Assembly (NCBI GenBank): GCA_045614965.1
Contig: JAZLDY010000029.1
Location: 14,814 to 78,813, forward strand
Direction: 5' to 3'
Source of the DNA: Tidjanibacter sp.
GTDB lineage: Bacteria; Bacteroidota; Bacteroidia; Bacteroidales; Rikenellaceae
Length of the DNA stretch: 64,000 nt
Position 1 is the stretch's first letter. Every line of letters begins with the position of its first letter. This document shows, piece after piece, positions 26,410-38,646 of this stretch. The position numbers and the translations under genes were made by a program. The notes beneath the pieces were generated by a model, which did not search any database, was not told where the DNA came from, and saw only the letters and a list, made by a program, of their open reading frames with translations.

Positions 26410-27609
26410 ATGGAACAGAAGAAGGAACGTGTGGTTGTGGGACTCTCCGGAGGTGTTGACTCGTCGGTGGCTGCGTGGCTCTTGAAGGAGCAGGGCTACG
26501 ATGTGGTGGGCCTCTTTATGGTCAATTGGCACGACACGGTGGGTACACTCAGTGGCGAGTGCCCTTGGGAGGACGACAGGCTCTTTGCCGAGTTGGTGGC
26601 CAAGAGGCTCGACATTCCGTTCCGTATGGTTGACCTGAGCGAGCAGTATAGGGAGAGGGTGGTAGATTATATGTTCTCCGAGTATGAGAAGGGGCGCACT
26701 CCCAATCCCGATGTGCTGTGTAATAGGGAGATAAAGTTCGACGTTTTCCTCAAAGAGGCCCTCAAATTGGGGGCCGATTGGGTGGCTACGGGCCACTACT
26801 GCCGTGTGGAACATTGTGCCGATGGCACACACCGACTGCTGGCAGGCACCGATGGCAACAAGGACCAGAGTTACTTCCTTTGCCAACTATCCCAAGAGCA
26901 ACTCTCTCGTGCACTCTTCCCCGTGGGCGATATGCTCAAACCGCAGGTGAGGGAGATTGCCACCGAGCGACACCTTGCCACGGCCAAGAGGAAGGACTCG
27001 CAGGGTATCTGCTTTGTGGGCAAGGTGGATTTGCCCGTGTTTTTGCAACAAAAACTGCGCTCACGCAAGGGGCGTATTGTGGAGATTGCGGCCGATTGGG
27101 AGGGCTATCGCTCGGAGGGCGAGGAGAGTGGTTTGGCCGAGAGGCTCGACCTTGCTACGCTTGCTGCACCATACAGTTACGAGCCGGCCAATGGGCGCAA
27201 GGTGGGCACCCACGGTGGCGCACACTTCTACACCATAGGCCAACGCCACGGCTTGGGTGTTGGAGGCACGGCACTGCCTCTGTTTGTAATCAGTACCGAC
27301 GTGGAACGAAACATTGTCTATGTTGGTCAGGGCCACAACCACCCCGGTCTTATGCGCCGTGCGCTGCACATTGCCCCCGAGGAGATACATTGGGTGAGGG
27401 AAGATTTGAGGATGGCGGTGGGCGATGCCCCTCGCCGCTATAAGGCCCGCATACGTTATCGCCAACCGCTGCAAGATGCCACCCTCTATATGTGCGAGGA
27501 GGGAGCCTACCTGCTCTTCGACGAGCCACAGAGAGGTATCACCGCAGGCCAATTTGCCGCTTGGTACGATGGGGACGAACTTGTCGGTTCGGGCGTGATT
27601 GCCAAATAA
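26410..27609 (+). CDS. mnmA: tRNA 2-thiouridylase
   Basis: [44 protein letters not shown]. Confidence 0.98.
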   Translation: MEQKKERVVVGLSGGVDSSVAAWLLKEQGYDVVGLFMVNWHDTVGTLSGECPWEDDRLFAELVAKRLDIPFRMVDLSEQYRERVVDYMFSEYEKGRTPNPDVLCNREIKFDVFLKEALKLGADWVATGHYCRVEHCADGTHRLLAGTDGNKDQSYFLCQLSQEQLSRALFPVGDMLKPQVREIATERHLATAKRKDSQGICFVGKVDLPVFLQQKLRSRKGRIVEIAADWEGYRSEGEESGLAERLDLATLAAPYSYEPANGRKVGTHGGAHFYTIGQRHGLGVGGTALPLFVISTDVERNIVYVGQGHNHPGLMRRALHIAPEEIHWVREDLRMAVGDAPRRYKARIRYRQPLQDATLYMCEEGAYLLFDEPQRGITAGQFAAWYDGDELVGSGVIAK

Positions 27610-27610
27610 T

Positions 27611-27638
27611 AAAAAAGGGACTGTGCAGTCCCTTTTTT
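27611..27638. terminator. Bidirectional terminator
   Basis: AAAAAAGGGACTG/CAGTCCCTTTTTT. Confidence 0.85.
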
Positions 27639-27660
27639 GTTTGTATATGCCACTGTGTTG

Positions 27661-28173
27661 TTACTCCTCCCAGCAGCCAACAATCTCGCCCACAAAGACG
27701 TGGTGGAAGTCGCCATTGGGATAGACCGTATCACGCAGAGCCTCAATTACAAAGTCCTCCGGCTTGAAGGTGCCATCGAAGAGTTTGCGGCACTCCATAA
27801 CGAGGGTTGCCTCCTCAAAGGTGGGGTTGCCCATCTCGGTAAATGCGGGAGTGAGTCCCGAAGCAGCCACCTTGTCGCCATCACGGCCCGAGCGTGAGCC
27901 GAGCAGTTGGAGCGCAGGGCGGTGCTCCTCGCCAAAGAACGAGAGGGTGAAGTGGCTCTCACGCTGCACAAAGCCCAATGTGTGTCGCTGGGGGCGGATG
28001 AAGACATAAACCACCGGCTTGTTCCACAACACACCAAAGCCACCCCAACTTGCGGTCATCGTGTTGAAGCTCTCTGTGTTGCCAGCGGTGATGAGTGTCC
28101 ACCTTTCGCCAATCAGTTTGAAGGGATTGTGGGTGAGTTGCTCGGGGGCTATGGGTTTCAGTTTCGCTGCCAT
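27661..28173 (-). CDS. Flavin reductase family protein
   Basis: NTMTASWGG, FIRPQRHT, SGRDGDK, HHVFVGEI. Confidence 0.9.
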   Translation of the reverse strand: MAAKLKPIAPEQLTHNPFKLIGERWTLITAGNTESFNTMTASWGGFGVLWNKPVVYVFIRPQRHTLGFVQRESHFTLSFFGEEHRPALQLLGSRSGRDGDKVAASGLTPAFTEMGNPTFEEATLVMECRKLFDGTFKPEDFVIEALRDTVYPNGDFHHVFVGEIVGCWEE

Positions 28174-28188
28174 AACAACATTCCCCAA

Positions 28189-28635
28189 TTATACGAGAAC
28201 CTTTGCAATGAATTTCCTCACGGGAGCATCTGCAATGCCGGGTGCGTGTCCGTCCTCGGGCCAGAAGATTGCCACCTGACCGGGTTTGAGGGTAACGTAG
28301 TTTTCGGGCTTGTCGTCCGAGAAGATTACGTCCTTCACCTCGTTGTAGTCGGTAGTCCAGTGCTCAATCTCTTCGAGGGGTTTCCAGCCCATTGTCTCCT
28401 TGCCTTCGAGGATAACCTGCACGTCGATATATTTGCGGTGAGCCTCCAAGGGCATCTCCTCTTTGGTACCCACCTTGGGGCAGGCGTTGTTCACATAGAG
28501 GGTGTCGCCAAGGATGTCGTGGCGTCCCAGGGGCATTTCGGCCATATTGTGTGTTTCGAGCCACTCAAAGAGGGTCTTGAACAGGGGGTTGAGTTTCTCC
28601 AACTCTTTGCGGTTGTTGAGATTCGAAAGTACCAT
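28189..28635 (-). CDS. YhcH/YjgK/YiaL (NanQ-like) family protein
   Basis: LEAHRKYIDVQ, FWPEDGHAP, RKFIAKV. Confidence 0.92.
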   Translation of the reverse strand: MVLSNLNNRKELEKLNPLFKTLFEWLETHNMAEMPLGRHDILGDTLYVNNACPKVGTKEEMPLEAHRKYIDVQVILEGKETMGWKPLEEIEHWTTDYNEVKDVIFSDDKPENYVTLKPGQVAIFWPEDGHAPGIADAPVRKFIAKVLV

Positions 28636-28675
28636 AGTTTTTCAAATTTATTAGTTATCAGTTGTCAGTTATCAG

Positions 28676-30073
28676 TTACTCTTTGGCGGTTGACCTTATG
28701 TAGTCGTGGATGGCTTTGGCAGCCTTACGTCCTGCGCCCATTGCGAGGATTACGGTAGCGGCACCCGTAACGGCATCGCCACCTGCAAACACACCCTCTC
28801 GTGTGGTTGCGCCCTCCTCGGTGGCCACAAGGCAGCCCCTACGGTTACGCTCCAAGCCCTCGGTGGTGGATGCAATCAGTGGGTTAGGCGAGGTGCCAAG
28901 TGCCATAATCACGGTGTCGCACTCCAAGTCGAACTCCGAGCCCTCAACGACAACGGGCGACCTACGGCCACTCTCGTCCGGCTCGCCCAACTCCATACGC
29001 ACACACCTGAGGGCCTTCACCCACCCCTTCTCGTCGCCCACTACGGCCACAGGGTTGGTGAGCATTGCAAACTGCACTCCCTCCTCTTTGGCGTGGTGTA
29101 CCTCCTCCACACGGGCGGGCAACTCGGCCTCCGAACGGCGGTAGATGATGTAGGCATCGGCACCGAGCCTCTTGGCCGACCTCACAGCATCCATCGCCAC
29201 ATTGCCGCCGCCCACCACGGCCACCTTCTCGCCCCTCCTTACGGGGGTGTCGAAGCGGTCGGGGTCGTAGGCACCCATAAGGTTGATGCGGGTGAGGAAT
29301 TCGTTGGCCGAGAAAACTCCGTTGAGGTTCTCGCCCTCGATGCCCATAAACTTCGGAAGGCCCGCACCCGAGCCGATAAACACAGCATCGAAGCCCTCCT
29401 CGTCCATCAGGCTGTCGATGGTTACGGTGCGACCTACGATGGTGTTCTTCTCAAACTTAACTCCGAGCCTTGCAACCTTCTCAATCTCCCTCTCCACGAT
29501 GCGCTCTTTGGGCAGGCGGAATTCGGGGATACCATAGCTCAACACACCACCCAAGCGGTGCAGAGCCTCAAAGACGGTTACCTCATAGCCCCACTTTGCC
29601 AAGTCGGCAGCACAAGCAAGGCCTGCGGGGCCACTGCCCACCACGGCCACCTTCTTGCCATTCTTCTCAATCTCCACCTTCTCGGTGGTGCCGTTTTCGA
29701 GTTGCCAATCGCCCACAAACCTTTCGAGTTTGCCGATGGCCACCGGCTCGTTCTTGATGCCCACAATACACGAGCCCTCACATTGGCTCTCCTGGGGACA
29801 CACCCTGCCGCAAATGGAGGGCAACAAGGAGTCCTCAGCAATGATGTTTGCAGCCATCGAGAGGTCGCCCTCGGCTATGGCAGCGATGAAGTGGGGAATC
29901 TGGATACCCACAGGGCACGCCTTAACACAACGGGGGTTGCGGCAGTGGAGGCAACGGCTCGCCTCCCTCTGGGCCTCTTCGAGGTTGAAGCCATAGCACA
30001 CCTCCTCAAAGTTGGCGGCACGCTGGGTGGGGTCCTGCTCCCTTACGGGAGTTCGTGATATGATGTTTGCCAT
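28676..30073 (-). CDS. GltD-like FAD/Fe-S subunit (NfnB/SudA-like)
   Basis: EASRCLHC...CP, CGRVCPQESQCE, VGSGPAGL, VGGGNVAMD, FAGGDAVTG. Confidence 0.92.
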   Translation of the reverse strand: MANIISRTPVREQDPTQRAANFEEVCYGFNLEEAQREASRCLHCRNPRCVKACPVGIQIPHFIAAIAEGDLSMAANIIAEDSLLPSICGRVCPQESQCEGSCIVGIKNEPVAIGKLERFVGDWQLENGTTEKVEIEKNGKKVAVVGSGPAGLACAADLAKWGYEVTVFEALHRLGGVLSYGIPEFRLPKERIVEREIEKVARLGVKFEKNTIVGRTVTIDSLMDEEGFDAVFIGSGAGLPKFMGIEGENLNGVFSANEFLTRINLMGAYDPDRFDTPVRRGEKVAVVGGGNVAMDAVRSAKRLGADAYIIYRRSEAELPARVEEVHHAKEEGVQFAMLTNPVAVVGDEKGWVKALRCVRMELGEPDESGRRSPVVVEGSEFDLECDTVIMALGTSPNPLIASTTEGLERNRRGCLVATEEGATTREGVFAGGDAVTGAATVILAMGAGRKAAKAIHDYIRSTAKE

Positions 30074-30097
30074 ATATCCTTATGCTTATTTTCGTTA

Positions 30098-30970
30098 CTA
30101 CTTATCCAAACCGATGCGGCACTTGTGGTCTTTGTAACGCTCCAAGCGGCGTTGCTCCTCGGTGCGATACTGACCACTACGGCGCATAGCCTCGTCGAAA
30201 TCCACCTCGTGAGCATCAAACTCGGGGCCATCCACACAGGTAAACTTGGTCTTACCACCCACACTCACCCTGCACGCTCCACACATACCCGTACCGTCAA
30301 CCATCAGCGAGTTGAGCGATGCAATGGTGGGAATACCGAGTTTCTTGGTGGTGAGTGCCACAAACTTCATCATAATCATTGGGCCTATGGTGATGACCGT
30401 ATCGTAGTGCTTGCCCTTGTTCAGCACAAGGTCCTCCAGGCAGGCCGTAACGAGGCCCTTGAAGCCCTCCGAGCCATCGTCGGTGGCAATGTAGAGGTTC
30501 GTGGCCACAGCCTTCATCTCGTCCGTAAGGATGAGAATGTCTTTGGTCTTGGCACCAATAATCACATCGGCCTCCACACCGTGCTTGTGCAGCCACTTAA
30601 CCTGTGGATAGACAGGCGCAGTGCCCACACCACCTGCAATGAAGAGCAGCCTCTTGCCTTTGAGCTCCTCGATGTTCTCATAGACGAAGTCCGAAGGCCT
30701 TCCCAGAGGGCCGGCAAAGTCCTCAATGTAGTCGCCCTCGGCAATCTCACACAATTTGAGGGTGGACACACCGAGAGTCTGTACAACAATCTGCACACTA
30801 CCACGCTCGGTGTCGTAGTCGGAGATGGTCAAGGGGATGCGCTCGCCCTCTTTGGTTGCCCTGACAATGACGAACTGTCCGGGGTGTGCCGACTTGGCAA
30901 CCCTCGGAGCGTGGATGTCCATCAGGTAGATGTTCTCCGCAAGTTTCTCTTTTCTTAAAATCTGGTACAT
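30098..30970 (-). CDS. Ferredoxin-NADP reductase-like subunit (NfnA/SudB-like)
   Basis: PGQFVI, RIPLTI, GGVGTAP, MVDGTGMCGACRV, CVDGPEF. Confidence 0.92.
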   Translation of the reverse strand: MYQILRKEKLAENIYLMDIHAPRVAKSAHPGQFVIVRATKEGERIPLTISDYDTERGSVQIVVQTLGVSTLKLCEIAEGDYIEDFAGPLGRPSDFVYENIEELKGKRLLFIAGGVGTAPVYPQVKWLHKHGVEADVIIGAKTKDILILTDEMKAVATNLYIATDDGSEGFKGLVTACLEDLVLNKGKHYDTVITIGPMIMMKFVALTTKKLGIPTIASLNSLMVDGTGMCGACRVSVGGKTKFTCVDGPEFDAHEVDFDEAMRRSGQYRTEEQRRLERYKDHKCRIGLDK

Positions 30971-31022
30971 ATAGTTATTGTCAACCGTCGGCCGACCTCC
31001 GTCAACCGACCATTAAGTGTTG

Positions 31023-32120
31023 CTAATTGTTTGTTCTTTTTGTTGCCGTTGCTCCGAAGCGCAACTCCCTTACGGGGCGTGCGGGGTCGTTCACCACAAT
31101 CATTCCGCCTCCAAAGAGTGTGTCGTAGGTGCCAACGGGCACTTCCAACACAACCTCCACCTCCACCGTTTCGCTCGGTGCGATGGTCGCACCCTCGGGG
31201 AGCATAATCTTGGTGCCCTCTCTGGGGGTTACGTTGCGTACCACCAGCGGAGCCGTTCCCTCGTTGGTGATTCTTATCACACATCGCTGCACGCTCGGCA
31301 CCTCCACCTCCCCAAAGTCGTGCCACGAAGGCTCAATTACCGCCCGTGGTTTGTGGGGTGCACTCTTGTCGAAGCGGTCCACTCCAAAGGCTGTGGTGGT
31401 GAAAATCTCATTGCTCTTGGTGCCATTTATCAAAACACCCACCCTGTCCCTCAGCAGCCCATAGCGAGGCTCCTCCTCCGAGAGCAGATAGGTTGCCGTT
31501 GCCAAAGCCACCTCTTTTGGGGCGAGAGTGTCGGGCAGGAACAACTCCAACAACCCACTGCGCTCCTCCCATAGAGGCTCTATGCGCACACCCTTGTCGG
31601 AGGTGTTCACAATGGCTATGGTCATACTCTTCGAGCCCCCCTGCTCCACGTTGCCAAAGGCCTTGTAGGTGGCATCGGCCCTCACTCCACCACCGAGAGC
31701 ATAGGGATAGACATCCTCATCGGAGCGTTTGCGTTCCTTAACTGCCCCCTTGATGCGCAGGATGGTGCGCCCACGCCCTTGGTCATAGACGATGGTGATA
31801 CGCTTGTCGAACCTGCCGGGGCGACCTTCGGGGTCGAAGGTTATGGTGAACTGCTCCGAGGCTCCTGCTTTCAGTGGCCTGCGAGAGTAGTCGCCCGTGG
31901 TGCATCCGCACGAGGAATAAACTCTTTCGATTGATACGGGGTAGGGGGCAGTGTTGGTGTAGTGGAACGTGTGGCTAACCTTGCCGTCCTCCTCCTTGAT
32001 GCGTCCAAAATTCCACTCCACTTCCTCGAATGAGAGGGAGGTGGCGGTGGTGTCGGCCGGTTGTGCCACCACGAGGGCCGCACTCACAAGGGCCAAAAAC
32101 GCAACAAACAATCTTTTCAT
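31023..32120 (-). CDS. DUF1573 domain protein
   Basis: Signal peptide; FGRIKEEDG...F-x-Y-x-N, SSCGCTT; Ig-like repeats. Confidence 0.85.
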   Translation of the reverse strand: MKRLFVAFLALVSAALVVAQPADTTATSLSFEEVEWNFGRIKEEDGKVSHTFHYTNTAPYPVSIERVYSSCGCTTGDYSRRPLKAGASEQFTITFDPEGRPGRFDKRITIVYDQGRGRTILRIKGAVKERKRSDEDVYPYALGGGVRADATYKAFGNVEQGGSKSMTIAIVNTSDKGVRIEPLWEERSGLLELFLPDTLAPKEVALATATYLLSEEEPRYGLLRDRVGVLINGTKSNEIFTTTAFGVDRFDKSAPHKPRAVIEPSWHDFGEVEVPSVQRCVIRITNEGTAPLVVRNVTPREGTKIMLPEGATIAPSETVEVEVVLEVPVGTYDTLFGGGMIVVNDPARPVRELRFGATATKRTNN

Positions 32121-32217
32121 AACACACAAAGGTATCTATTTTAGGTGAGAAATCAACACAAAAAGCGGAGTAAACTTAGGCTTGGCGAAATTTTTTTGAA
32201 AAAATATGCGGTTTTTG

Positions 32218-32248
32218 TTTGCAGTAAAGAAATTTTGCCATATATTTG
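32218..32248 (+). promoter_or_regulatory. Housekeeping promoter for tRNA-Asn
   Basis: TTTG, 19-nt spacer, TATATTTG. Confidence 0.7.
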
Positions 32249-32290
32249 CACTCGCAAAACGGGAAACACCGTGAGCAGACAGATTAAAAT

Positions 32291-32364
32291 TCCTCAGTAG
32301 CTCAGTTGGTTAGAGCACCTGACTGTTAATCAGGGGGTCCTAGGTTCAAGTCCTAGCTGAGGAG
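32291..32364 (+). tRNA. tRNA-Asn (GUU)
   Basis: Acceptor TCCTCAG/CTGAGGA; anticodon arm CCTGA-CTGTTAA-TCAGG. Confidence 0.97.
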
Positions 32365-32365
32365 C

Positions 32366-32401
32366 AAAACGGAGAAGCAACTGCTTCTCCGTTTTTTTTT
32401 T
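32366..32401. terminator. Bidirectional terminator
   Basis: AAAACGGAGAAGCA/TGCTTCTCCGTTTT. Confidence 0.85.
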
Positions 32402-32428
32402 ATGCCATTAGCCGTTGGCCGTTAGTCG

Positions 32429-33601
32429 TTAGTCGTTAGTCGATTTCTTCTTCGCTATTTTGTCGATGATGGCAGCAATGGCTCCGTCGCCCGTTACATT
32501 GGTGGCAGTACCGAAAGAGTCCATCGCAATATAGATGGCAATCATCAATCCCATCATCGTTTGGTCAAAGCCGAGAACGCTTTGCAAAATGCCCACCGAA
32601 GCCATAATCGCTCCACCCGGTACACCCGGGGCGGCAATCATCGTGATACCCAGCATACAGATAAATCCCACCATTGTCAGCGGGTCAACCGTTGTCCCCG
32701 TCAACATCATAATAGCCAGCGAGCACGACACGATTTTGAGCGTGCTGCCCGATAGGTGGATGGTGGCACACAGGGGTACAACAAAACCCGCAATGGAGGG
32801 CGAGATGTTGTTCTGGATGGTCTGTTTGAGGGTTACGGGGATGGTGGCTGCGCTCGACGATGTGCCCAGAGCCGTGAAGTAGGCAGGCATCATTGTACGG
32901 AGCATTTTCAGTGGGTTGCGCTTGGTGATGACACCCGCAATGGAGAACTGAATGAGTAGCAGCACGGCGGTCATCAGGAAGATGACAATCACAAGTTTCA
33001 GGAACACACCCAACACACCCACCACCTGACCATTGGTGGTCATCGAGAGGAAGATGCCAAAGATGTAGAGTGGCAACAGAGGGATGATGACCTTCTCGAT
33101 GGTTTTGATGATAATCTTCTCGAAGTCGTCAAAGGCCTTTTTGAGTGTCGTGCCCTCGATTATTGTGAGTCCAATGCCGATGACAAAGGCTGCCACAAGT
33201 GCGCTCATTACGCTCAAAATGGGCGGCATATCAATCGTGAAATATGGTGCAAAGCCACTGCCCGCATCGCCCACCTCCGCAAGGGATGTCCCTTTGAGAA
33301 GCGAGGGGTAGATGGCCTCACACGTTCCCCACGCAAAAAAGCCACTAAACAGAGTGAACACATAGGCCAGCAGTGCAGTGATGGCCAGCAGTCGGCCTGC
33401 ACCCCTGCCCACGTTTGCAATGCCGGGCACAATGAGGCCCAGAATCAACAACGGTACAATGAATCCCAAAAAGTTGCCAAAGAGTCCGTTGAAGGTGGCA
33501 AACACCCTGCTGAGCCACTGCGGAAACCAGAGGCCACAGAGGATGCCCAGAATGATGGCGATGACAATTTTGCCGAGTAGGGAGATGCGTGGAAGTTTCA
33601 T
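32429..33601 (-). CDS. Dicarboxylate/amino acid:cation symporter (DAACS, SstT-like)
   Basis: TSSSAATIP, PLCATIHLSG, APGVPGG, DSFGTATNVTGD. Confidence 0.93.
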   Translation of the reverse strand: MKLPRISLLGKIVIAIILGILCGLWFPQWLSRVFATFNGLFGNFLGFIVPLLILGLIVPGIANVGRGAGRLLAITALLAYVFTLFSGFFAWGTCEAIYPSLLKGTSLAEVGDAGSGFAPYFTIDMPPILSVMSALVAAFVIGIGLTIIEGTTLKKAFDDFEKIIIKTIEKVIIPLLPLYIFGIFLSMTTNGQVVGVLGVFLKLVIVIFLMTAVLLLIQFSIAGVITKRNPLKMLRTMMPAYFTALGTSSSAATIPVTLKQTIQNNISPSIAGFVVPLCATIHLSGSTLKIVSCSLAIMMLTGTTVDPLTMVGFICMLGITMIAAPGVPGGAIMASVGILQSVLGFDQTMMGLMIAIYIAMDSFGTATNVTGDGAIAAIIDKIAKKKSTND

Positions 33602-33800
33602 ATCCGATAGGTTTTAGTTCTACTGTGCGTTCACAAATATAAACATTTCTTCTCACAAAACAAAACACACCTCTTGCAGGCGGTGGGATGTGTGGGATTT
33701 GGGCCACAAAAAAACTCGGGTAACGAAAAAGTTACCCGAGCTTTAATAGTGGTATCTGTGTGGCCTTGGTGTGTGCCACGAAGGGTTTTGATGGGCCCTA

Positions 33801-35426
<1,626 letters not shown>

Positions 35427-35432
35427 TTATTC

Positions 35433-35471
35433 AAATTGAGAATTGAGAATTGAGAATTGAAATTGAGAATT
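35433..35471. repeat. Heptamer array (AATTGAG)n between groES and groEL
   Basis: aaattgagaattgagaattgagaattgaaattgagaatt. Confidence 0.9.
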
Positions 35472-35742
35472 ATCCCAGCACGGCCATAATATCAGCCTGC
35501 TTCATAATAAGATAGTCCTCGCCGTCGATGTGGATTTCGGTGCCGGCATATTTGCCATACAATACGGTGTCGCCCTCGGCTACCTCCATCTTAACCTCGG
35601 CAGTGCCGGGGCCTACGGCCACAACCTTGCCGGTGAGTGGTTTCTCTTTTGCTGTGTCGGGGATGAACAGACCGCCTGCGGTCTTCTCCTCTGCGGGATT
35701 GGGCAGAACGAGTACCCTATCCGAAAGTGGTTTTACGCTCAT
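35470..35742 (-). CDS. groS: Co-chaperonin GroES
   Basis: [32 protein letters not shown]. Confidence 0.99.
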   Translation of the reverse strand: MSVKPLSDRVLVLPNPAEEKTAGGLFIPDTAKEKPLTGKVVAVGPGTAEVKMEVAEGDTVLYGKYAGTEIHIDGEDYLIMKQADIMAVLG

Positions 35743-35801
35743 AGTGTTTTTGTGTTTTTATGTTTGTTTTTTGTCTTTTTGCTTTCTGTTCCACCAATGG
35801 G

Positions 35802-35816
35802 GCAAACAGTGTGCCA
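35802..35816 (-). promoter_or_regulatory. sigma54-type promoter upstream of groES
   Basis: Minus strand TGGCACA-CTGT-TTGC. Confidence 0.7.
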
Positions 35817-35864
35817 AACCAATTTTTGTGCCATTTTGACACGTTGGAGTCTGCGCAGTGGCCA

Positions 35865-37523
35865 CTATTTACCCTGCTCCCCCAAAATCTCAAAGGCTTT
35901 TAGCAGGGTGGGGTCGGCAGGCCATATCTGGGAGAAATAGCCGTTGTCTTGCAACTCGGTGTTGCGTGCGATGTAGGCCCTCAGGAGCGACTCAATCAAC
36001 ACCCTCGATGTGGCAATCTCCTCCCTGTTGGGTTTAATTCCCTTCTCGTCGGCATACGCCACAAAGTCTTCCAAGAGGGTGGTGTCGGCAGCAAGGAAGG
36101 CCTCCAACTGCTCGGCAGTGCGGATGTTGTTTATCTGCCTACGGTGTTTGTCGGCATAGTCGAGCGTGTAGCGGTAGAGGATGTTGAAGCCCGTTACGGC
36201 ATAGTAATAAGGGGTCATATCGAGCGTGTCGAGTGGCACAAACACGTCGGGCATAATGCCACCGCCACCATAGACGGTCTTACCTCCGGGGGTGGTGAAG
36301 CGGAGCGAGTCGGCAAAGTGGATGCTGTCGGCCGAGAAGAACTGACCACTCTCGTAGCGGTTGAGGATGTCCTCGTTGTAGCCACCCTCGCCACGCACAA
36401 AGGGTTTTTGGATGGAACGGCCCGTGGGGGTGTAATACTTGGCCACCGTGAGCCTTATGGCCGAGCCGTCGGAGAAAGGTATTTGGCTCTGCACAAGTCC
36501 CTTGCCAAACGACCTACGGCCCACGATGGTACCCCTGTCGTTGTCCTGCAACGCACCGGCCACAATCTCGCTGCTCGATGCGCTATACTCGTCAATCAGC
36601 ACCACGAGTGGCAACTCCGTGAGTCGGCCACCGCCCGTACTGTACTCCTTCTGTTGTCCTCCGAGTCGGTCTTCGGTATAGACCATAAGCTTACCTTTGG
36701 GCAGAAACTCGTTGGTCATCAGTATTGCTTGGTCCAAGTAGCCGCCACTATTGCCCCTGAGGTCAAAAATGAGGCTCTTCATACCTTGCTTTTTGAGTCC
36801 CTCAACAGCCTCCACAAACTCGGTGTGGGTGGTGCGTGCAAAACTCGTCAGCCTCACATAGCCCACCTCGGGGCGAATCATAAAGGCCGCATCAATGCTC
36901 TTTACGGGAATCTTATCTCTGGTGATGGTTACATCCACAAGGCCCTCCACATTCTGCCTTTCGATACCGATGGTAACCTTCGAGCCACGCTTGCCACGCA
37001 GTCGGTTGACAATTTTGTTTTGCTCAATCTTGCGCCCTGCAACGGTGTCGCCATCGATGGTTACAATGCGGTCGCCGGGCAGCACTCCCGCCTTGTAACT
37101 TGGGCCACCGGCAATGATGTTGAGCACCACCACCGTATCGGTTGCCATATTGAACACAACGCCAATGCCGTCGAACTCGCCCTCCAAAGGCTCGTTGACC
37201 TGTTGCATCTCGCTGGCGGGGATGTATGTGGAGTGGGGGTCCAACTGCTCCATAAGGAGTGGCATCAGGGCCTCCACAATGGCGTTGCGATCGACCGAAT
37301 CGACATACACCCTATCCACAAGGCTCAGTGTGAGGTCAATCTTGGAGGCACTACGCAGGGGCGAAGCCGCAGAGGTGGTAGCCTTTGGGGTGGTTGCTTT
37401 GGGTGCGGTGGCATAGCCCAACCACGAGCCCGCAACCACTGCGCAAGCAATGGCCACAACTACCCACCACGATATATTTTTTCTATTTGCGTTCAATCTC
37501 AATTTTGAATTTTGAATTCCCAA
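35865..37523 (-). CDS. S41 carboxy-terminal protease
   Basis: LDPHS, PDZ domain (GIGV), DLRGNSGG, SASSSEIVAGALQD, SFGKGLVQ. Confidence 0.95.
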   Translation of the reverse strand: MGIQNSKLRLNANRKNISWWVVVAIACAVVAGSWLGYATAPKATTPKATTSAASPLRSASKIDLTLSLVDRVYVDSVDRNAIVEALMPLLMEQLDPHSTYIPASEMQQVNEPLEGEFDGIGVVFNMATDTVVVLNIIAGGPSYKAGVLPGDRIVTIDGDTVAGRKIEQNKIVNRLRGKRGSKVTIGIERQNVEGLVDVTITRDKIPVKSIDAAFMIRPEVGYVRLTSFARTTHTEFVEAVEGLKKQGMKSLIFDLRGNSGGYLDQAILMTNEFLPKGKLMVYTEDRLGGQQKEYSTGGGRLTELPLVVLIDEYSASSSEIVAGALQDNDRGTIVGRRSFGKGLVQSQIPFSDGSAIRLTVAKYYTPTGRSIQKPFVRGEGGYNEDILNRYESGQFFSADSIHFADSLRFTTPGGKTVYGGGGIMPDVFVPLDTLDMTPYYYAVTGFNILYRYTLDYADKHRRQINNIRTAEQLEAFLAADTTLLEDFVAYADEKGIKPNREEIATSRVLIESLLRAYIARNTELQDNGYFSQIWPADPTLLKAFEILGEQGK

Positions 37524-37527
37524 TGGT

Positions 37528-38532
37528 CTATTTGTTCTTAAACTTGTAGGATAGGCCCAACGTCGCCGAGTATTGATACTGTGGCTTGGGGCTTGCCGTT
37601 TTCAGGTAGTAGAACACACCATAGAGTTGTATGCTCATATACTTCGACAAGTTGACATCCACCGTGTTGTCCCACCTCACTGTTGGGGGTGTGGCAAGGT
37701 CGTTGAAGCCATAGAAGCCATAGAGAGTACTGCGGTAGCGCAACACCTTCTTGAAGAAATGTTTGTCGTAGGAGATGTTGACCGAGGGACCAATCATACT
37801 GTAAATCTTCTCGCCCGCAGGTACACCATTAAGCCCCTGCTCATTGAGCCTCTCGTCCAACATCGACACCATATTGCCCGCAATGGGCGAGAGAGATACC
37901 TTATAGGGGGCACCTTTGGGGGCATAGGTGAAACCTCCCGACACGTCAAAATAGCCGGGCGACATAAATGCCGATTTGAGGGTGTTGTCGGTGCGGGACA
38001 CAAAACCGTCGGTAAATTGGGTGCGGAAGTTGATGGTTACCGAATAGGACCAACCGCTGCGCTGAATATCCCACGAAAGGAGCTCTTTGATTTTTATCTC
38101 ATCGACGTTCTTGAAGGGTATTTTGTCGATGTAGTTACTTCCGTAGCGGGCATTCACCGTAAGGTCGCTGGCAAACTTGTGGTGTTTGTATTGGTGGCGC
38201 AAAAAGAGGGTTGCCAGACCGGAGAAGGTGTTGTTTCCGCCCGCTGTCCAGTTGTCGAATTGGAGTGTCGAAGTTTGGAATGTGGTCTGTATTTCGAGTG
38301 TGTTGCGCTGCTTGCGTATGCGCCTGCGCTCGGCCAGCCAAGCGGCGTGGTCGTAGTAGTCGTTCTGAATCTTGTTGTCCACAAAACCACCGAAAGCCTT
38401 ATAGGGGTCGCTTTTGACCTCTTGTCGTTGTTCGGGCTGGCGGCGTTGGATGGTGAATTGGGCATCGGCACGCCCCACAAAGCCCACCAACGCCACAACC
38501 AACACAGCTATTTTGCGCACAACATTTCTCAT
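37528..38532 (-). CDS. DUF3078 outer-membrane protein
   Basis: NWTAGGNN, FRTQFTDG, SAFMSPGY, beta-strand C-terminus. Confidence 0.85.
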   Translation of the reverse strand: MRNVVRKIAVLVVALVGFVGRADAQFTIQRRQPEQRQEVKSDPYKAFGGFVDNKIQNDYYDHAAWLAERRRIRKQRNTLEIQTTFQTSTLQFDNWTAGGNNTFSGLATLFLRHQYKHHKFASDLTVNARYGSNYIDKIPFKNVDEIKIKELLSWDIQRSGWSYSVTINFRTQFTDGFVSRTDNTLKSAFMSPGYFDVSGGFTYAPKGAPYKVSLSPIAGNMVSMLDERLNEQGLNGVPAGEKIYSMIGPSVNISYDKHFFKKVLRYRSTLYGFYGFNDLATPPTVRWDNTVDVNLSKYMSIQLYGVFYYLKTASPKPQYQYSATLGLSYKFKNK

Positions 38533-38646
38533 AAGCTACTCCTATATGCCCATAAAAATATATGATTGCACAAAGATAACGATTTAAGCGAAAAATCCGT
38601 ACATTTGTAGTGGAGTAAAATTGCACACAAAAACATTTATTATAGG

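Noticed and set aside
28676-30970. Glutamate synthase operon
   Set aside because: No large (GltB) subunit; pairing with the FNR-like gene fits the well-known NfnAB/SudAB type, so it is not novel.
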